Below, piece by piece: positions 20,185 through 29,747 of a stretch of 64,000 nucleotides of DNA. The stretch's first letter is position 1; each line of letters starts with the position of its first letter. The position numbers were made by a program, and so were the translations under genes. The DNA is taken from assembly GCA_965367815.1 (NCBI GenBank), contig CBDUKN010000007.1, positions 1 to 64,000 of the forward strand, written 5' to 3'. Source of the DNA: an uncultured Thermoprotei archaeon (lineage in GTDB: Archaea; Thermoproteota; Thermoprotei; Thermofilales; B15-G2). Below the pieces are notes generated by a model. It saw only the letters and a list, made by a program, of their open reading frames with translations, did not search any database and had not been told where the DNA came from.

Positions 20185-21027
20185 GTGTCCTGTCGACTAC
20201 TAGGATTTTATGCTAAGTCGAGAAAATTTGTAGAAGACTTGCTTGACGCTTTGATCAAGGCTTCACGCTACGACCACATAGCGGCAAAAGTTATTGGAAG
20301 CTTCGATAAACACGACGACGGCTGGGGCTGCGTACTAGCGCTTAAAAATGATGACTACTGGAGAGTACTTTTCTACAAATCGGTTAAGCCTATATGGGAA
20401 GAAGACTTATCTTTCCTTAAGTCGTCGCTTAATTTCAAGTATGTAGCTGGTTTAATTCATACACGAAAAGCTTCGCGAAATACTCCTATCGACACGTTTT
20501 CTGCGCATCCCTTCTCAGTAGTAACGGCGGACGGTAGCACATTATATGTCATTCAGAATGGAGGAATAAAGAAAAAAGAGTCTTGGGAAGTAATATGCGA
20601 GGAGTACGACTTTGAGCCTGACGATGTTTCAGATACTTTCATTTATACATTAATGCTGGCGAAGTACTATAGACAGCGAAGTGGAGCTCCTCCAGAGAGG
20701 CTAGCCAAAACCCTTAGAAAACTTCATTCTTTCCTAGAAGTAGAAGACTTGGCTGGACGATGTGTAAACACGTTTATTCTCCAGTACTCTCCTGGAGACA
20801 GAGTATCTCTTGGAGTAGTCGTCGCCTACTATAATGAAAAATATGTAGATTACTACAAGGTGTACAAAGTTACTTCAAATGAAAATGAGCTAGCCTTTGT
20901 ATCCAGCACTGTAGCCGAAGTTTTAGCTACGAAAGGGTATACCCCCGAGCTCGTTGAAAACAGGAAGGTTCTAGTATATGTTTTTGAAGAAGAAGAGTTG
21001 AAGGAAATAGAGTATAACTTAGAGTAA
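20185..21027 (+). CDS. Class II glutamine amidotransferase-like Ntn hydrolase
   Basis: CRLLG, HDDGWG, HTRKAS, AHPF, QNG, SDT. Confidence 0.75.
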   Translation: MSCRLLGFYAKSRKFVEDLLDALIKASRYDHIAAKVIGSFDKHDDGWGCVLALKNDDYWRVLFYKSVKPIWEEDLSFLKSSLNFKYVAGLIHTRKASRNTPIDTFSAHPFSVVTADGSTLYVIQNGGIKKKESWEVICEEYDFEPDDVSDTFIYTLMLAKYYRQRSGAPPERLAKTLRKLHSFLEVEDLAGRCVNTFILQYSPGDRVSLGVVVAYYNEKYVDYYKVYKVTSNENELAFVSSTVAEVLATKGYTPELVENRKVLVYVFEEEELKEIEYNLE

Positions 21028-21120
21028 TATTACTATGGGTAATTTTTAATCAACAGTCTTTACTCATATGCAATTTTTTGAAGCAAATAATCATAAATAC
21101 CCGGGATAAGTAAAATATAT

Positions 21121-22344
21121 GTGGTGACCGGCGATATAAACCTATCTAAATTTCTCTCAAAAAGAACTCGGTTCATGAGAGCATCTGAGATAAGAGAGCT
21201 TTTGAAATGGGCTACTGAGCCTGGTGTAATAAGTTTCGGTGGAGGAATGCCCGATCCTCGCTACTTTCCTTACGATGATATAAGAGAAATAATAGACTAT
21301 GTTATTAGAGAAAAAGGAGATAAGGCTTTCCAATACACGAAAACAGAAGGTGTAGATGAGCTCAAAGAAGAGATACTCAAATTTATGAGTAGAAGAGGCA
21401 TTAAAGTCGATAATATTAATCAGATATTAGTGACTAGTGGTAGTCAACAGGCACTAGAAATATTGGCGAGAATATTCATGGATCCAGGAGACTTAGTTGT
21501 AGTAGAGTTGCCTACTTACTTGGCGGCAATACAGGCTTTTAGAGTATATAAGCCAACGTTCATAGGCATACCTATGGATGATAATGGAATGAGAACAGAT
21601 ATTCTTGAAGAAAAATTAAAGAAAATATATTCTGAAGGAAAATCAATTAAACTCGTCTACACTGTCCCCACATGTCAGAATCCTGCTGGAATAACGATGA
21701 GCAATGATAGGCGAAAACACTTACTAGAGCTGGCAAGTAAGTATGATTTCTTAATAATAGAAGACGATCCGTATAGCTACTTCCTTTTCGAAGACATTGA
21801 CTACAGAAGTATTAAATCCATGGATACTGAAGGCAGAGTAATTTACTTGAGCACTTTCAGTAAAATACTGATTCCAGGATTAAGACTCGGGTGGGCTGCC
21901 GCGAGTGAAGAAATAATAGCAAAAATGGCTTTAGCTAAACAGGCTATAGATCTTTGTTCGCCCGCCTTTTGTCAGTATATTGCTGCTGAAGCCTTGAAGA
22001 GAGGAGTAGTAGATAAACAGCTTCCAATACTCAAGAAAGTATACAAGCACAAAAGAGACTTAATGCTCGAAGCACTAGAAAAGTACTTTCCCGAAGGCTG
22101 TAGGTGGACTAGACCTGTCGGAGGAATGTTCATTTTCGTCTACTTACCCGAGAAAATCGATACTACTAAAATGCTTGAAAAAGCTAAAGAAAAGAAAGTA
22201 GCCTACGTCCCCGGGCGATCATTCTTTGTCGATGGAAGCGGATGGAACACAATGCGCCTAAACTTTACTTTCGTAGTAGAAGACAAAATAGAGGAAGGAG
22301 TAAGGAGGCTAGCTAGTATTATTAAAGAAGAACTCGGAGCATAG
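21121..22344 (+). CDS. PLP-dependent class I aminotransferase (Aro8/LysN-like)
   Basis: ISFGGGMP, TSGSQQAL, QNPAG, EDDPY, STFSKILIPGLRLGW. Confidence 0.92.
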   Translation: MVTGDINLSKFLSKRTRFMRASEIRELLKWATEPGVISFGGGMPDPRYFPYDDIREIIDYVIREKGDKAFQYTKTEGVDELKEEILKFMSRRGIKVDNINQILVTSGSQQALEILARIFMDPGDLVVVELPTYLAAIQAFRVYKPTFIGIPMDDNGMRTDILEEKLKKIYSEGKSIKLVYTVPTCQNPAGITMSNDRRKHLLELASKYDFLIIEDDPYSYFLFEDIDYRSIKSMDTEGRVIYLSTFSKILIPGLRLGWAAASEEIIAKMALAKQAIDLCSPAFCQYIAAEALKRGVVDKQLPILKKVYKHKRDLMLEALEKYFPEGCRWTRPVGGMFIFVYLPEKIDTTKMLEKAKEKKVAYVPGRSFFVDGSGWNTMRLNFTFVVEDKIEEGVRRLASIIKEELGA

Positions 22345-22398
22345 AATCAGGACACCGGGCTTTCATCACTTGTCAGCGTGGGTTCATTTCTTCATAGG
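22345..22398 (-). ncRNA. Box C/D sRNA
   Basis: Minus strand: ATGAAGA (C) - aatgaacccacg - CTGA (D') - caa - GTGATGA (C') - aagcccggtgtc - CTGA (D); two 12-nt guides; TTTATA upstream. Confidence 0.85.
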
Positions 22399-22470
22399 TC
22401 TATTCACTATTATTTTTCTTTCAGGAATATAAAGCTCTTTTTATAAGCTTCAAGAAAGGTAGCTCAGAAT

Positions 22471-22553
22471 AAGTGTTGCGGGGTCATCGGGGTTGGTAAC
22501 GCAGGCCTAGTCGTTTTTAAGACTAGGCCTATGCTACCTACCCCTCACCCCAC
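22471..22553 (-). ncRNA. Candidate K-turn hairpin RNA ending in ACA
   Basis: GTGGGG-TGA-GGGG...CCCC-GATGA-CCCCGC-AACA with a perfect 10-bp apical IR (22503-22512/22521-22530); TATA-like sequence upstream. Confidence 0.55.
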
Positions 22554-22643
22554 TATATATTAGTCCAGAGGAGGAATTTAAATTTTATTTATATAAAAGA
22601 CGGTATAATTCGGTAATTTTTATTAATATTAATTCATAGCTAT

Positions 22644-23456
22644 TTATTTATCTTGTAATGTAATTGTATCTTTTAATACATTATTAAGAGTTTTTTCAAG
22701 TAAGCGCAGGTGAGGCGATAGAGGACAGGAGAGCTCGAATTTTATTGGCGTCAGTACTATGTTCTTGTTTACCAGTAGTTCATATGTATCAGTATTTTCT
22801 TTAGGTGAAGTTGGGACACCGTAAATCCAATAGTATTTTTTGCCTCGAGGATCTACTCTCTCTTCGATATTCTCTATGAAGCGTAGTCGAGCGGGTTTGG
22901 CTATAACTACTCTAGTTTTTTCAGAAATATCTGAGGGGAAGTTTACGTTAAGAAAATCTGCGTCAGGTATTCCTTCGCTTAAAACTTTTTCTATAAGTAC
23001 CCTACATATTCTTTTTATTGCTTTTGCTAGTGTTTCGTTTTTCTCAAATTCTTCTCCACTTTCTACTGCGGCAGAGAAAGCTATTGAGGGAATTCCGAGA
23101 AGCCACGCTTGAACTGTTGCGGCTACAGTACCCGAGGAGAGGATTACTTGTATACTTGTGTTATCTCCTATATTTACTCCTGATACTACGAGGTCTATTT
23201 TGGGCACTATTTTTCTGTGGGCAAAGTGAATAATGTCACTTGGAGTACCGTTGATGAGGTAAGCAGTCATTCCATGGTAGTTGATCGTATATGCTCTGAG
23301 GGGCTTATGAAGTGTAAGCCCTGTGCCGCTCGAGCTTTTAGGTGTTTCAGGTACAACAACTATAGTCCTACCTAAGTCTGACACAGCTTCGTACAGGAGC
23401 TTAAGTCCCGGACTATATATCCCGTCATCATTTGTAACTAAAATTACCGGCTTCAT
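22644..23456 (-). CDS. surE: 5'/3'-nucleotidase SurE
   Basis: ILVTNDDG, GTPSD, SGVNIGDN, SGTV, DPRGKKYYW. Confidence 0.93.
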   Translation of the reverse strand: MKPVILVTNDDGIYSPGLKLLYEAVSDLGRTIVVVPETPKSSSGTGLTLHKPLRAYTINYHGMTAYLINGTPSDIIHFAHRKIVPKIDLVVSGVNIGDNTSIQVILSSGTVAATVQAWLLGIPSIAFSAAVESGEEFEKNETLAKAIKRICRVLIEKVLSEGIPDADFLNVNFPSDISEKTRVVIAKPARLRFIENIEERVDPRGKKYYWIYGVPTSPKENTDTYELLVNKNIVLTPIKFELSCPLSPHLRLLEKTLNNVLKDTITLQDK

Positions 23457-23848
23457 ATTCTGCCTTTAGTACGAGCTTTTAATCTTAAGTACTTTCTATA
23501 AAGCTTTTCTACAATATCGTCTTCTATATACCTTTTGTGTGGTCTTAAGCCTCCGCTGAAAGAGCGAGGTATATGAAGTAGCTCATGTATAAGAACTTTG
23601 ATTTTTTCTTCTTTCGGTAAAGCGTCAAAATTCTCGGAAATTACTTCGATAATGTAGTGTGCTTTAATTTTAAGAGCATGCTGCCATATTCTAGGTAAGC
23701 CGTGTATACGTGCATAAGCATAAGTGCGAGAGCCTTTACTTCTTACACAGCGGACTCTACTTAAGTCGATGTAATATAAGCCTAGGGTTTCTACAATATC
23801 TTTTAGCATTTTCTTTACGTCTTCTGCCTCATAGTACTTTACTCGCAT
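23453..23848 (-). CDS. Small archaeal zinc metallopeptidase
   Basis: RSKGS, ARIHGL, HELLHIP...GGLRPH. Confidence 0.8.
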   Translation of the reverse strand: MRVKYYEAEDVKKMLKDIVETLGLYYIDLSRVRCVRSKGSRTYAYARIHGLPRIWQHALKIKAHYIIEVISENFDALPKEEKIKVLIHELLHIPRSFSGGLRPHKRYIEDDIVEKLYRKYLRLKARTKGRI

Positions 23849-24190
23849 TCAGCTGATTAACTGCTTTATAAGGTTTAATAAGTCTTCTCGAGTATCGTAG
23901 GATAATATTCTGAATTTTGATACCATATTAACGCCGTATTCTTCGACTACTTTTCTGCTGGCAATTAAGTATACTTCAGCTTTATTTTTAAGGTCTATTG
24001 ACCTTATAAGAGTCTTCAAAAGAGTTTCTAGGAGATCGTATTCAGCTATATTGAAGCATAAGACTTTATTCTTCTTCCTAGCTACTATATCGAATGTATG
24101 TGATATACCGCTCACACCAGTAATTTTTCCTTTTATTTCAACTTTGTAGCCTGCTCTCTTTAATTCGTTCTCTATTATTTTTGCATGCAT
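23849..24190 (-). CDS. PD-(D/E)xK restriction-endonuclease-like small protein (possibly degenerate)
   Basis: GYKVE..GKITGVSGISHTFDIVA motif of archaeal Mrr-like domains; second acidic/Lys motif not evident. Confidence 0.55.
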   Translation of the reverse strand: MHAKIIENELKRAGYKVEIKGKITGVSGISHTFDIVARKKNKVLCFNIAEYDLLETLLKTLIRSIDLKNKAEVYLIASRKVVEEYGVNMVSKFRILSYDTREDLLNLIKQLIS

Positions 24191-24288
24191 GTAAGCTCTC
24201 CCTGTAATCGATTGAATAAGTTCGGTGAAAGTATATAATCCTTTAGCTTAGTAAATGAAACTATAGATTTTATCTACAATAGTTTCTG

Positions 24289-24900
24289 CTATAATCTTTT
24301 CCTAAGATAATTTACATAGAGTGCTGCAGCCGGATTATGTCCGGTAACTCTATCTTTAGCTATTAAACATACTACAGGAGCTTTTGAAAGTTTAGTGAAA
24401 ACAGCATCGTGTCCTACACAGAGACCTATAGTCACATTGAGCTCTGTTTTAAGTTTATTTAAAATAAGAGCCTGTAAAACAGGGTTACATATAGCTTCGA
24501 AAGAGCCAGGCCTAAGCTTGTCTTTTTCATTCAATCCCACTTCAGTTTTATCTATTCCTCCACATTTACAGCAAACAGAGTATACTTCGAAACCCTTTTC
24601 CTTTAAGTACTTAGCCACCTCGGCTGCTTCACTCGAGAGCCCTATACAGAAAGCTAGGCCTATTTTCTTAACTCCAAGTAATTTGGCGTATTCGGCTATT
24701 TCTCTGACTCTAGGCCACTTACAATAACCTCTTTTTTCAACAAAAGATGCTGCTAGAATAAGTTTCTTTAAATCCTCTCTTTCCATAAGCTTTTTAGCTT
24801 CAGCTATAACGTCCTCCATTCGAGCTATAGGGCAGTTTTTCCCTCCTTTATAGCACGCTTTCTCTACACATAAATCACATCTTACAGCAGTATTCTTCAC
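24289..24900 (-). CDS. DUF1847 family Cys-rich metal-binding protein
   Basis: GLAFCIGL, SVCCKCG, CNPVLQA, GLCVGHD, KDRVTGHNP. Confidence 0.88.
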   Translation of the reverse strand: MKNTAVRCDLCVEKACYKGGKNCPIARMEDVIAEAKKLMEREDLKKLILAASFVEKRGYCKWPRVREIAEYAKLLGVKKIGLAFCIGLSSEAAEVAKYLKEKGFEVYSVCCKCGGIDKTEVGLNEKDKLRPGSFEAICNPVLQALILNKLKTELNVTIGLCVGHDAVFTKLSKAPVVCLIAKDRVTGHNPAAALYVNYLRKRL

Positions 24901-25205
24901 GAACTAAATATACTGTGATCAAAGCTTTAAGCTTAGGTGTCTGCATTAAAAGAACATTTGCTTGGCACTATTGTAGAAAATATAAATTTTATATAGAAGG
25001 TAGAAGAAGTGGCGAGTATTGAAAAGAAATTTTTTAATTATAGCAGAGTGTTGCGAAAGTCTGGTGAAAGACTAAGCTACTGAAGCATGCATTTAAGTAA
25101 CTGTTGAAAACTGAGCGAAAATCATCTTTCGTCTCGAAGACCAAAAATATTTTATTACAATTGGCTTTAGAGTATTCTGAAAGTAGTAGAAGGGAGGAGA
25201 CTACT

Positions 25206-25736
25206 ATGTCGACACTGAATATGAAAAAGCCTTTGAAGATAGTGCTTTGCGGTGAAGGAGGAGTAGGAAAAACCAGTATTGCTTTTCGCTTTACAAAAGG
25301 AGTATTCTACGAGACCATAAAGATTACTGTAGGAATTGAGCATTTTACGAAAATAGTTAAAATTGATGGCAAAGAAGTCAAAATAGTTTTGTGGGATTTG
25401 GGTGGTGAAGAGCGCTTCAGATTCTTAGCGCCGGTATTTCTCAAAGGAGCCAAAGGAGGAGTATTTGTATTCGACGTAACTAGAGAAGAAACTTTTCTTA
25501 AATTAGAAGAATGGTATTCAATTTATAGGCAGCAGGTAGGAGATTCTCCAGCAGTGCTAGTAGGCAATAAAATAGATTTAGAAGAATTTAGAGTGATTTT
25601 AAGGGATCATGCAGAAAAATATGCTAAATCGAAAGGCTTTATAGGATACTATGAAGTTTCTGCCAAAAACAATGTCAATATAGAGAAACCTTTTATTGAT
25701 CTAATAAAATGTATACTTTCAAAGGAGTCTAGTTAA
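25206..25736 (+). CDS. Rab-like small GTPase (copy 1)
   Basis: GEGGVGKT, TVG, WDLGGEERF, GNKID, EVSAK; GGAGGAG just upstream of ATG 25206. Confidence 0.9.
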   Translation: MSTLNMKKPLKIVLCGEGGVGKTSIAFRFTKGVFYETIKITVGIEHFTKIVKIDGKEVKIVLWDLGGEERFRFLAPVFLKGAKGGVFVFDVTREETFLKLEEWYSIYRQQVGDSPAVLVGNKIDLEEFRVILRDHAEKYAKSKGFIGYYEVSAKNNVNIEKPFIDLIKCILSKESS

Positions 25737-25746
25737 CTTCCTGTAT

Positions 25747-26163
25747 TTAGGGTTTGCGCAAAACGGTCTCTTTGTACAGATTCATTATCTCCCTCCAGGC
25801 CTTCTTGACATCATTTATGTCCTTTACTCGTTCTTCAAAAGGACAATTTTCTATCTTATCTATGAGTTTACTATATTTTACAAAAATATCGTGTTTAGTG
25901 AGCAGGTTGTAGGCAGCTTTTGTCATTACTTTACCGTAAACAGCTCGAGCACCATTTCTTACTAAAATAACTGCGGCAGCTTTTCCCACAACTTTGTCGG
26001 CTACACTAGAGTTACTCAAAATAGTCATAACGTCTACTAATTCTTTTACACCTTTACCAAATCCGACAAATTTTACTTCACCTTCTCTTACAACTACAAG
26101 TGATGCATTAAGTTCATTAAGGAATTTTATTGCTATTTCAAGGTCTTCTGGCATAAAAGTCAC
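25747..26163 (-). CDS. DUF1893 (TM1506-like) protein
   Basis: GKGVKEL, ADKVVGKAAA, CPFE. Confidence 0.8.
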   Translation of the reverse strand: MTFMPEDLEIAIKFLNELNASLVVVREGEVKFVGFGKGVKELVDVMTILSNSSVADKVVGKAAAVILVRNGARAVYGKVMTKAAYNLLTKHDIFVKYSKLIDKIENCPFEERVKDINDVKKAWREIMNLYKETVLRKP

Positions 26164-26471
26164 TTTTCCTCACCTAACTTTCTTTTAGCACTTTCTACTT
26201 TATATTCAAGACTCCATTCTGACCTATTTCTTCTTTCATCTATTTTGATTAATGTAAGTACTCTAAGAGCTTTTTCTAAGACTTTTTCATGTATTTCGGC
26301 TACTATCTTTAAAGCTTTATGTACATTAATTTCTTCAAAAATAGTGCATGAAGGTGCAAGAACATATTTTATGTTATATTTACGTAGAATTTCGAGAGCT
26401 TCGGCAACATATTTAGATAAGCTTGATCCTACTCCTATGGGCACTATAGATATTTCTACTACTACGGGCAT
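26160..26471 (-). CDS. MTH1187/YkoF thiamine-binding family protein
   Basis: EISIVPIG..SLSKYVAE, RVLTLIKIDER, KVES. Confidence 0.85.
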   Translation of the reverse strand: MPVVVEISIVPIGVGSSLSKYVAEALEILRKYNIKYVLAPSCTIFEEINVHKALKIVAEIHEKVLEKALRVLTLIKIDERRNRSEWSLEYKVESAKRKLGEEK

Positions 26472-26505
26472 TCATGTAAATAATAACATAAGCAGTATAT
26501 TAGCG

Positions 26506-29500
26506 TTATTTTGAAGTATGAGATTTTTCTTGCTCTAAGCTATTTGCAATTAAATAAAGTAAGTATATATTCTTCAGATTTTCTTTTAAGTACTCTTCTA
26601 GTTTCTGCTTAAGGTACTTAGTTAAAATCTTAGTTCTTCCTGTTCTCTGAGATAGAGCTGTTTCAAGCATAATTTCTCTCAGAGTAGTTTTCCTTTCAAG
26701 GCCTACTGCTTTCTCTATTTCTTCTAGCGGAGCTATATTTAGGGAAAGTTTTTCTTTAATTTCTTTCCGCACATCGATGATTTCTCCTAAAGACTCGAGG
26801 CCTGCTAGAGTTACTAAAATAGATTTCTGGTTGAGCTCCATAAGTACTCTGTTTAGTGTTTCTTTTGAGTAGACTAGTATTTTGAAGCCTTTATTCAGAA
26901 GAGATCTTAGTGCTCTATCGGCTAGCTCTGTGTCCTCTTCATCTACCCAGTACTCTCTGTCCCGTACTATCACTGTATAGTTTTCTCCGTCAAATACTCC
27001 TATAGCGTACACGCTTTTCTTGAGTTCTTCGACTAGAGGTACTTCGAGGGCATCTATTGCAGCTAATTTAAGTGCTCTAGAAGGCTTAGGTATGTAAATC
27101 TTTTTATCTTTGAGTTTGAGCTCAATTTTTTCTCGGAGAAGGAGGTACTCAACGACTTTAGCGGCAGCTTTCTTGGCTAAATTCCAGTTCATGTTGTAAG
27201 TAACTAAATCTAAGTAAGCTATTTCGTCTACTTGCAGTAAAAGTATTTCATCTAAGTCATCTGGAGTATACTCCTCTACACTTTTCAATACTTGCGACCA
27301 GTCTAGTTTTTCTAAAAGTCCCGCGCTTTCTGGCTCATGGAGATTCATTAACTTCTTTTCACCTATTTTCGCCAAATCATACATTATTGTCTCAAAAGCA
27401 ATACCGTATATTCTCCTGAGTATAAGCGTTAAGTACCCCAGACCTATTCTCAATATTGTTAGATCTTCTGAAGGATCAAGCTCTACTGTTACTCCGTAAG
27501 TGTAGTCTGTGTACTTGCCGTGAGTTACTGTCGGAACAGGAATAGTTTTAACATCTTTGAAGACAATAGTCTTTCCTCCAATATTCTTTACTATAGGCTT
27601 TCTTCCCCTAACGTACCAGACTACTCTATTTGGTATCTTAATGAGCTTGCCAAACCCGCTGCGAGGAGGATATACTACACAGAGTACTTCGGAGTGTATT
27701 CTTCCTGTATAATAGTCTTGAGTAAACCTAGGTTCTTCTCTCCACATCGCCTTAATCTTAGAGTATTCTTCGTATGCTTCAGCGAGACCTTCATGTTTCC
27801 ATAAAACTCTCTCGTTGATAGGTTTTACTACAACAGCTGTCACTACTCTACCTGTTTTTCCTCCGAGTCTGTGTTCAACTACAATAGAGTCTGAAGTATA
27901 GTCTAAGCACCCAATCTGAAACTTCTCTACTAGATCGCAGTGCGAAATATCTTCTAAGTAGTATTCTTTTTCATCGAAATCTTCTTTAATCCTCTTAATA
28001 CCGTAGGGAGGAGAAAACTCATAGAAGTTTAAGCAAAGCCATACTCTTTTACCACGCTCAGTAAGCTTGAAGTTTCTAACTAGCCCGAATTTCTCCAAGA
28101 AGGAATATTCTTTTTTAGTGAGCTCTTTTCTTAAAAGAGGTGAAATAAATTTAAATAAGCTTTCAAATAAAAGCGAGTACTTGTTCTCAGGATTAACTAT
28201 AGTTTTCTCAAGAGGTAGCTCAACCCAGTTCTTTAACACTTCAACTCCTCGTGAAAGAAGATCTCGATCCCATCTCGCGTACGGAATAATAATTGACTCA
28301 GTGTACTCTATGCTTTCTCGTCTTCCTTTTCTTCCTTCTCTCTGCCTAAATTCTTTAACATCGTCCGGTAAACCTAAGTGAACTATTCTAATTACAGTGC
28401 CTATATCTATGCCCTGTGAAAGAGTTCTCGGAGAAACTATTATTTTAACTAATCCTTTGCGGGCTCCCTCTTCGACTTTCTCTCTAATTTCTTTTGAAAT
28501 TAAGTGGTGATGTGATGCTACTCTTTCTCTAAGCTCCTCGGGCAGCTCGTGTTTAAGTCTTCTGGCTACTTCTTCAGCTTTAGCAATACTTCTAGTGAAT
28601 ATTAGTGTTACTCCATTGTCGTCAATGTAGTTCTTTAAGATCTCTATAGGATCTAAATCTACGCTTGGTATTTCTATGTCTAGTGCCTCGGCAGTGCTAA
28701 GAACTTTATATAAATTCTTTTTGAATAAATCAAAGTCATTTAAACTATTTAAAATATCTTCGCCTACATTATACTTTTCAAAGATATCTTTCTTAGACTT
28801 TAAAATATCCCATATTCTCTTAATATTTTTACCTAGAATTACATACACGTAGTTCTTTGTTCTAAAAGGCTTTCCTTCAATAACCGTGCTTTCACGTTCA
28901 GTAATTTCGGAAAAGAACTTTGCTACCTCGTAAGCGTTCGCTAAGGTAGCTGTAAGTAGACAGAGCTGAAAGTTTTTCGCTGAAAGTTTCTTGATTATCT
29001 TGGTCATCGAGAAAAGTAAGGCTATTTCTCTAGGTCCATAGAAATCGAACTCATCTATTACAATGAGGTCTACTTCTCTAATGAAGTCTAATAATATAGA
29101 GCTCCTAGGGCTTATAGCCCACTTCTTTAAATCTTGTAGAAGAAAGGCTGGGTTTGTTACAAGAATTACTGCGTCGCTTAAGTATCTTCTTAAAGCGCCT
29201 CGGCTTTCGAGTTCTTTGTAGAGTTTTTCTTTCTTTTTAGCGTCAATCGCTACTGCTTTTACTCCTGTGGCTGAAGCGTATTTCTCTATTCTTTTTATCT
29301 GATCGTTTGCTAAAGCTAAAGTGGGATATAGGGCAATAGTTTTCTTAGAGTGTTTTAAAGTATAGAGAAGCCATGCTTCTGTTTTACCGGAGCCTGTTCC
29401 TGCTCTAAGAATAATGTTTTTTCCGCTACAGAGAGCGCTATATGCTTCTACTTGGTGCCTGTAGAGCTTCTTAGAGCGAATGCTCTTTAAGAACTCGTCT

Positions 29501-29631
29501 GTAGCGTTACTTAGCGAAGGCAATAAGTCTTGAAAACTTATTTCGCTACGGTCGGGTTTAACTGCTTCTTCTACGAAATAGTAATAGTCGTAGCCTAGAG
29601 TCTCGAGAACATTTTTTGTTAAAATACCCAC
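26506..29631 (-). CDS. Large SF2 DEAD/DEAH-box helicase (Hrq1/MrfA-like) with probable C-terminal RNase H-like domain
   Basis: LYRHQ Q-motif, GTGSGKT, YPTLALANDQ, DEFD, TAT, GIDIG, QREGRKGR; C-terminal AAIDALE...IGVFDG. Confidence 0.85.
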   Translation of the reverse strand: MGILTKNVLETLGYDYYYFVEEAVKPDRSEISFQDLLPSLSNATDEFLKSIRSKKLYRHQVEAYSALCSGKNIILRAGTGSGKTEAWLLYTLKHSKKTIALYPTLALANDQIKRIEKYASATGVKAVAIDAKKKEKLYKELESRGALRRYLSDAVILVTNPAFLLQDLKKWAISPRSSILLDFIREVDLIVIDEFDFYGPREIALLFSMTKIIKKLSAKNFQLCLLTATLANAYEVAKFFSEITERESTVIEGKPFRTKNYVYVILGKNIKRIWDILKSKKDIFEKYNVGEDILNSLNDFDLFKKNLYKVLSTAEALDIEIPSVDLDPIEILKNYIDDNGVTLIFTRSIAKAEEVARRLKHELPEELRERVASHHHLISKEIREKVEEGARKGLVKIIVSPRTLSQGIDIGTVIRIVHLGLPDDVKEFRQREGRKGRRESIEYTESIIIPYARWDRDLLSRGVEVLKNWVELPLEKTIVNPENKYSLLFESLFKFISPLLRKELTKKEYSFLEKFGLVRNFKLTERGKRVWLCLNFYEFSPPYGIKRIKEDFDEKEYYLEDISHCDLVEKFQIGCLDYTSDSIVVEHRLGGKTGRVVTAVVVKPINERVLWKHEGLAEAYEEYSKIKAMWREEPRFTQDYYTGRIHSEVLCVVYPPRSGFGKLIKIPNRVVWYVRGRKPIVKNIGGKTIVFKDVKTIPVPTVTHGKYTDYTYGVTVELDPSEDLTILRIGLGYLTLILRRIYGIAFETIMYDLAKIGEKKLMNLHEPESAGLLEKLDWSQVLKSVEEYTPDDLDEILLLQVDEIAYLDLVTYNMNWNLAKKAAAKVVEYLLLREKIELKLKDKKIYIPKPSRALKLAAIDALEVPLVEELKKSVYAIGVFDGENYTVIVRDREYWVDEEDTELADRALRSLLNKGFKILVYSKETLNRVLMELNQKSILVTLAGLESLGEIIDVRKEIKEKLSLNIAPLEEIEKAVGLERKTTLREIMLETALSQRTGRTKILTKYLKQKLEEYLKENLKNIYLLYLIANSLEQEKSHTSK

Positions 29632-29685
29632 GTGTTTATGATTGTAGACACTATAAAATACCTTTTTGGCAGATATTCAGTAGTA

Positions 29686-29747
29686 TAGCCGATGATGATT
29701 CATGCAGGCGTTGATTGGTGATGTGGCTCGGGCAATCATTGAGGCTA
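29686..29747 (+). ncRNA. Box C/D sRNA
   Basis: TAGCC/GGCTA terminal stem; ATGATGA (C, 29692), TTGA (D', 29711), GTGATGT (C', 29718), TTGA (D, 29739); TATAAAA ~30 nt upstream. Confidence 0.7.

Noticed and set aside
23849-29631. Nuclease-like gene plus helicase as an anti-phage defence island
   Set aside because: Not adjacent, interspersed with housekeeping-type genes, and no methylase or known defence partner
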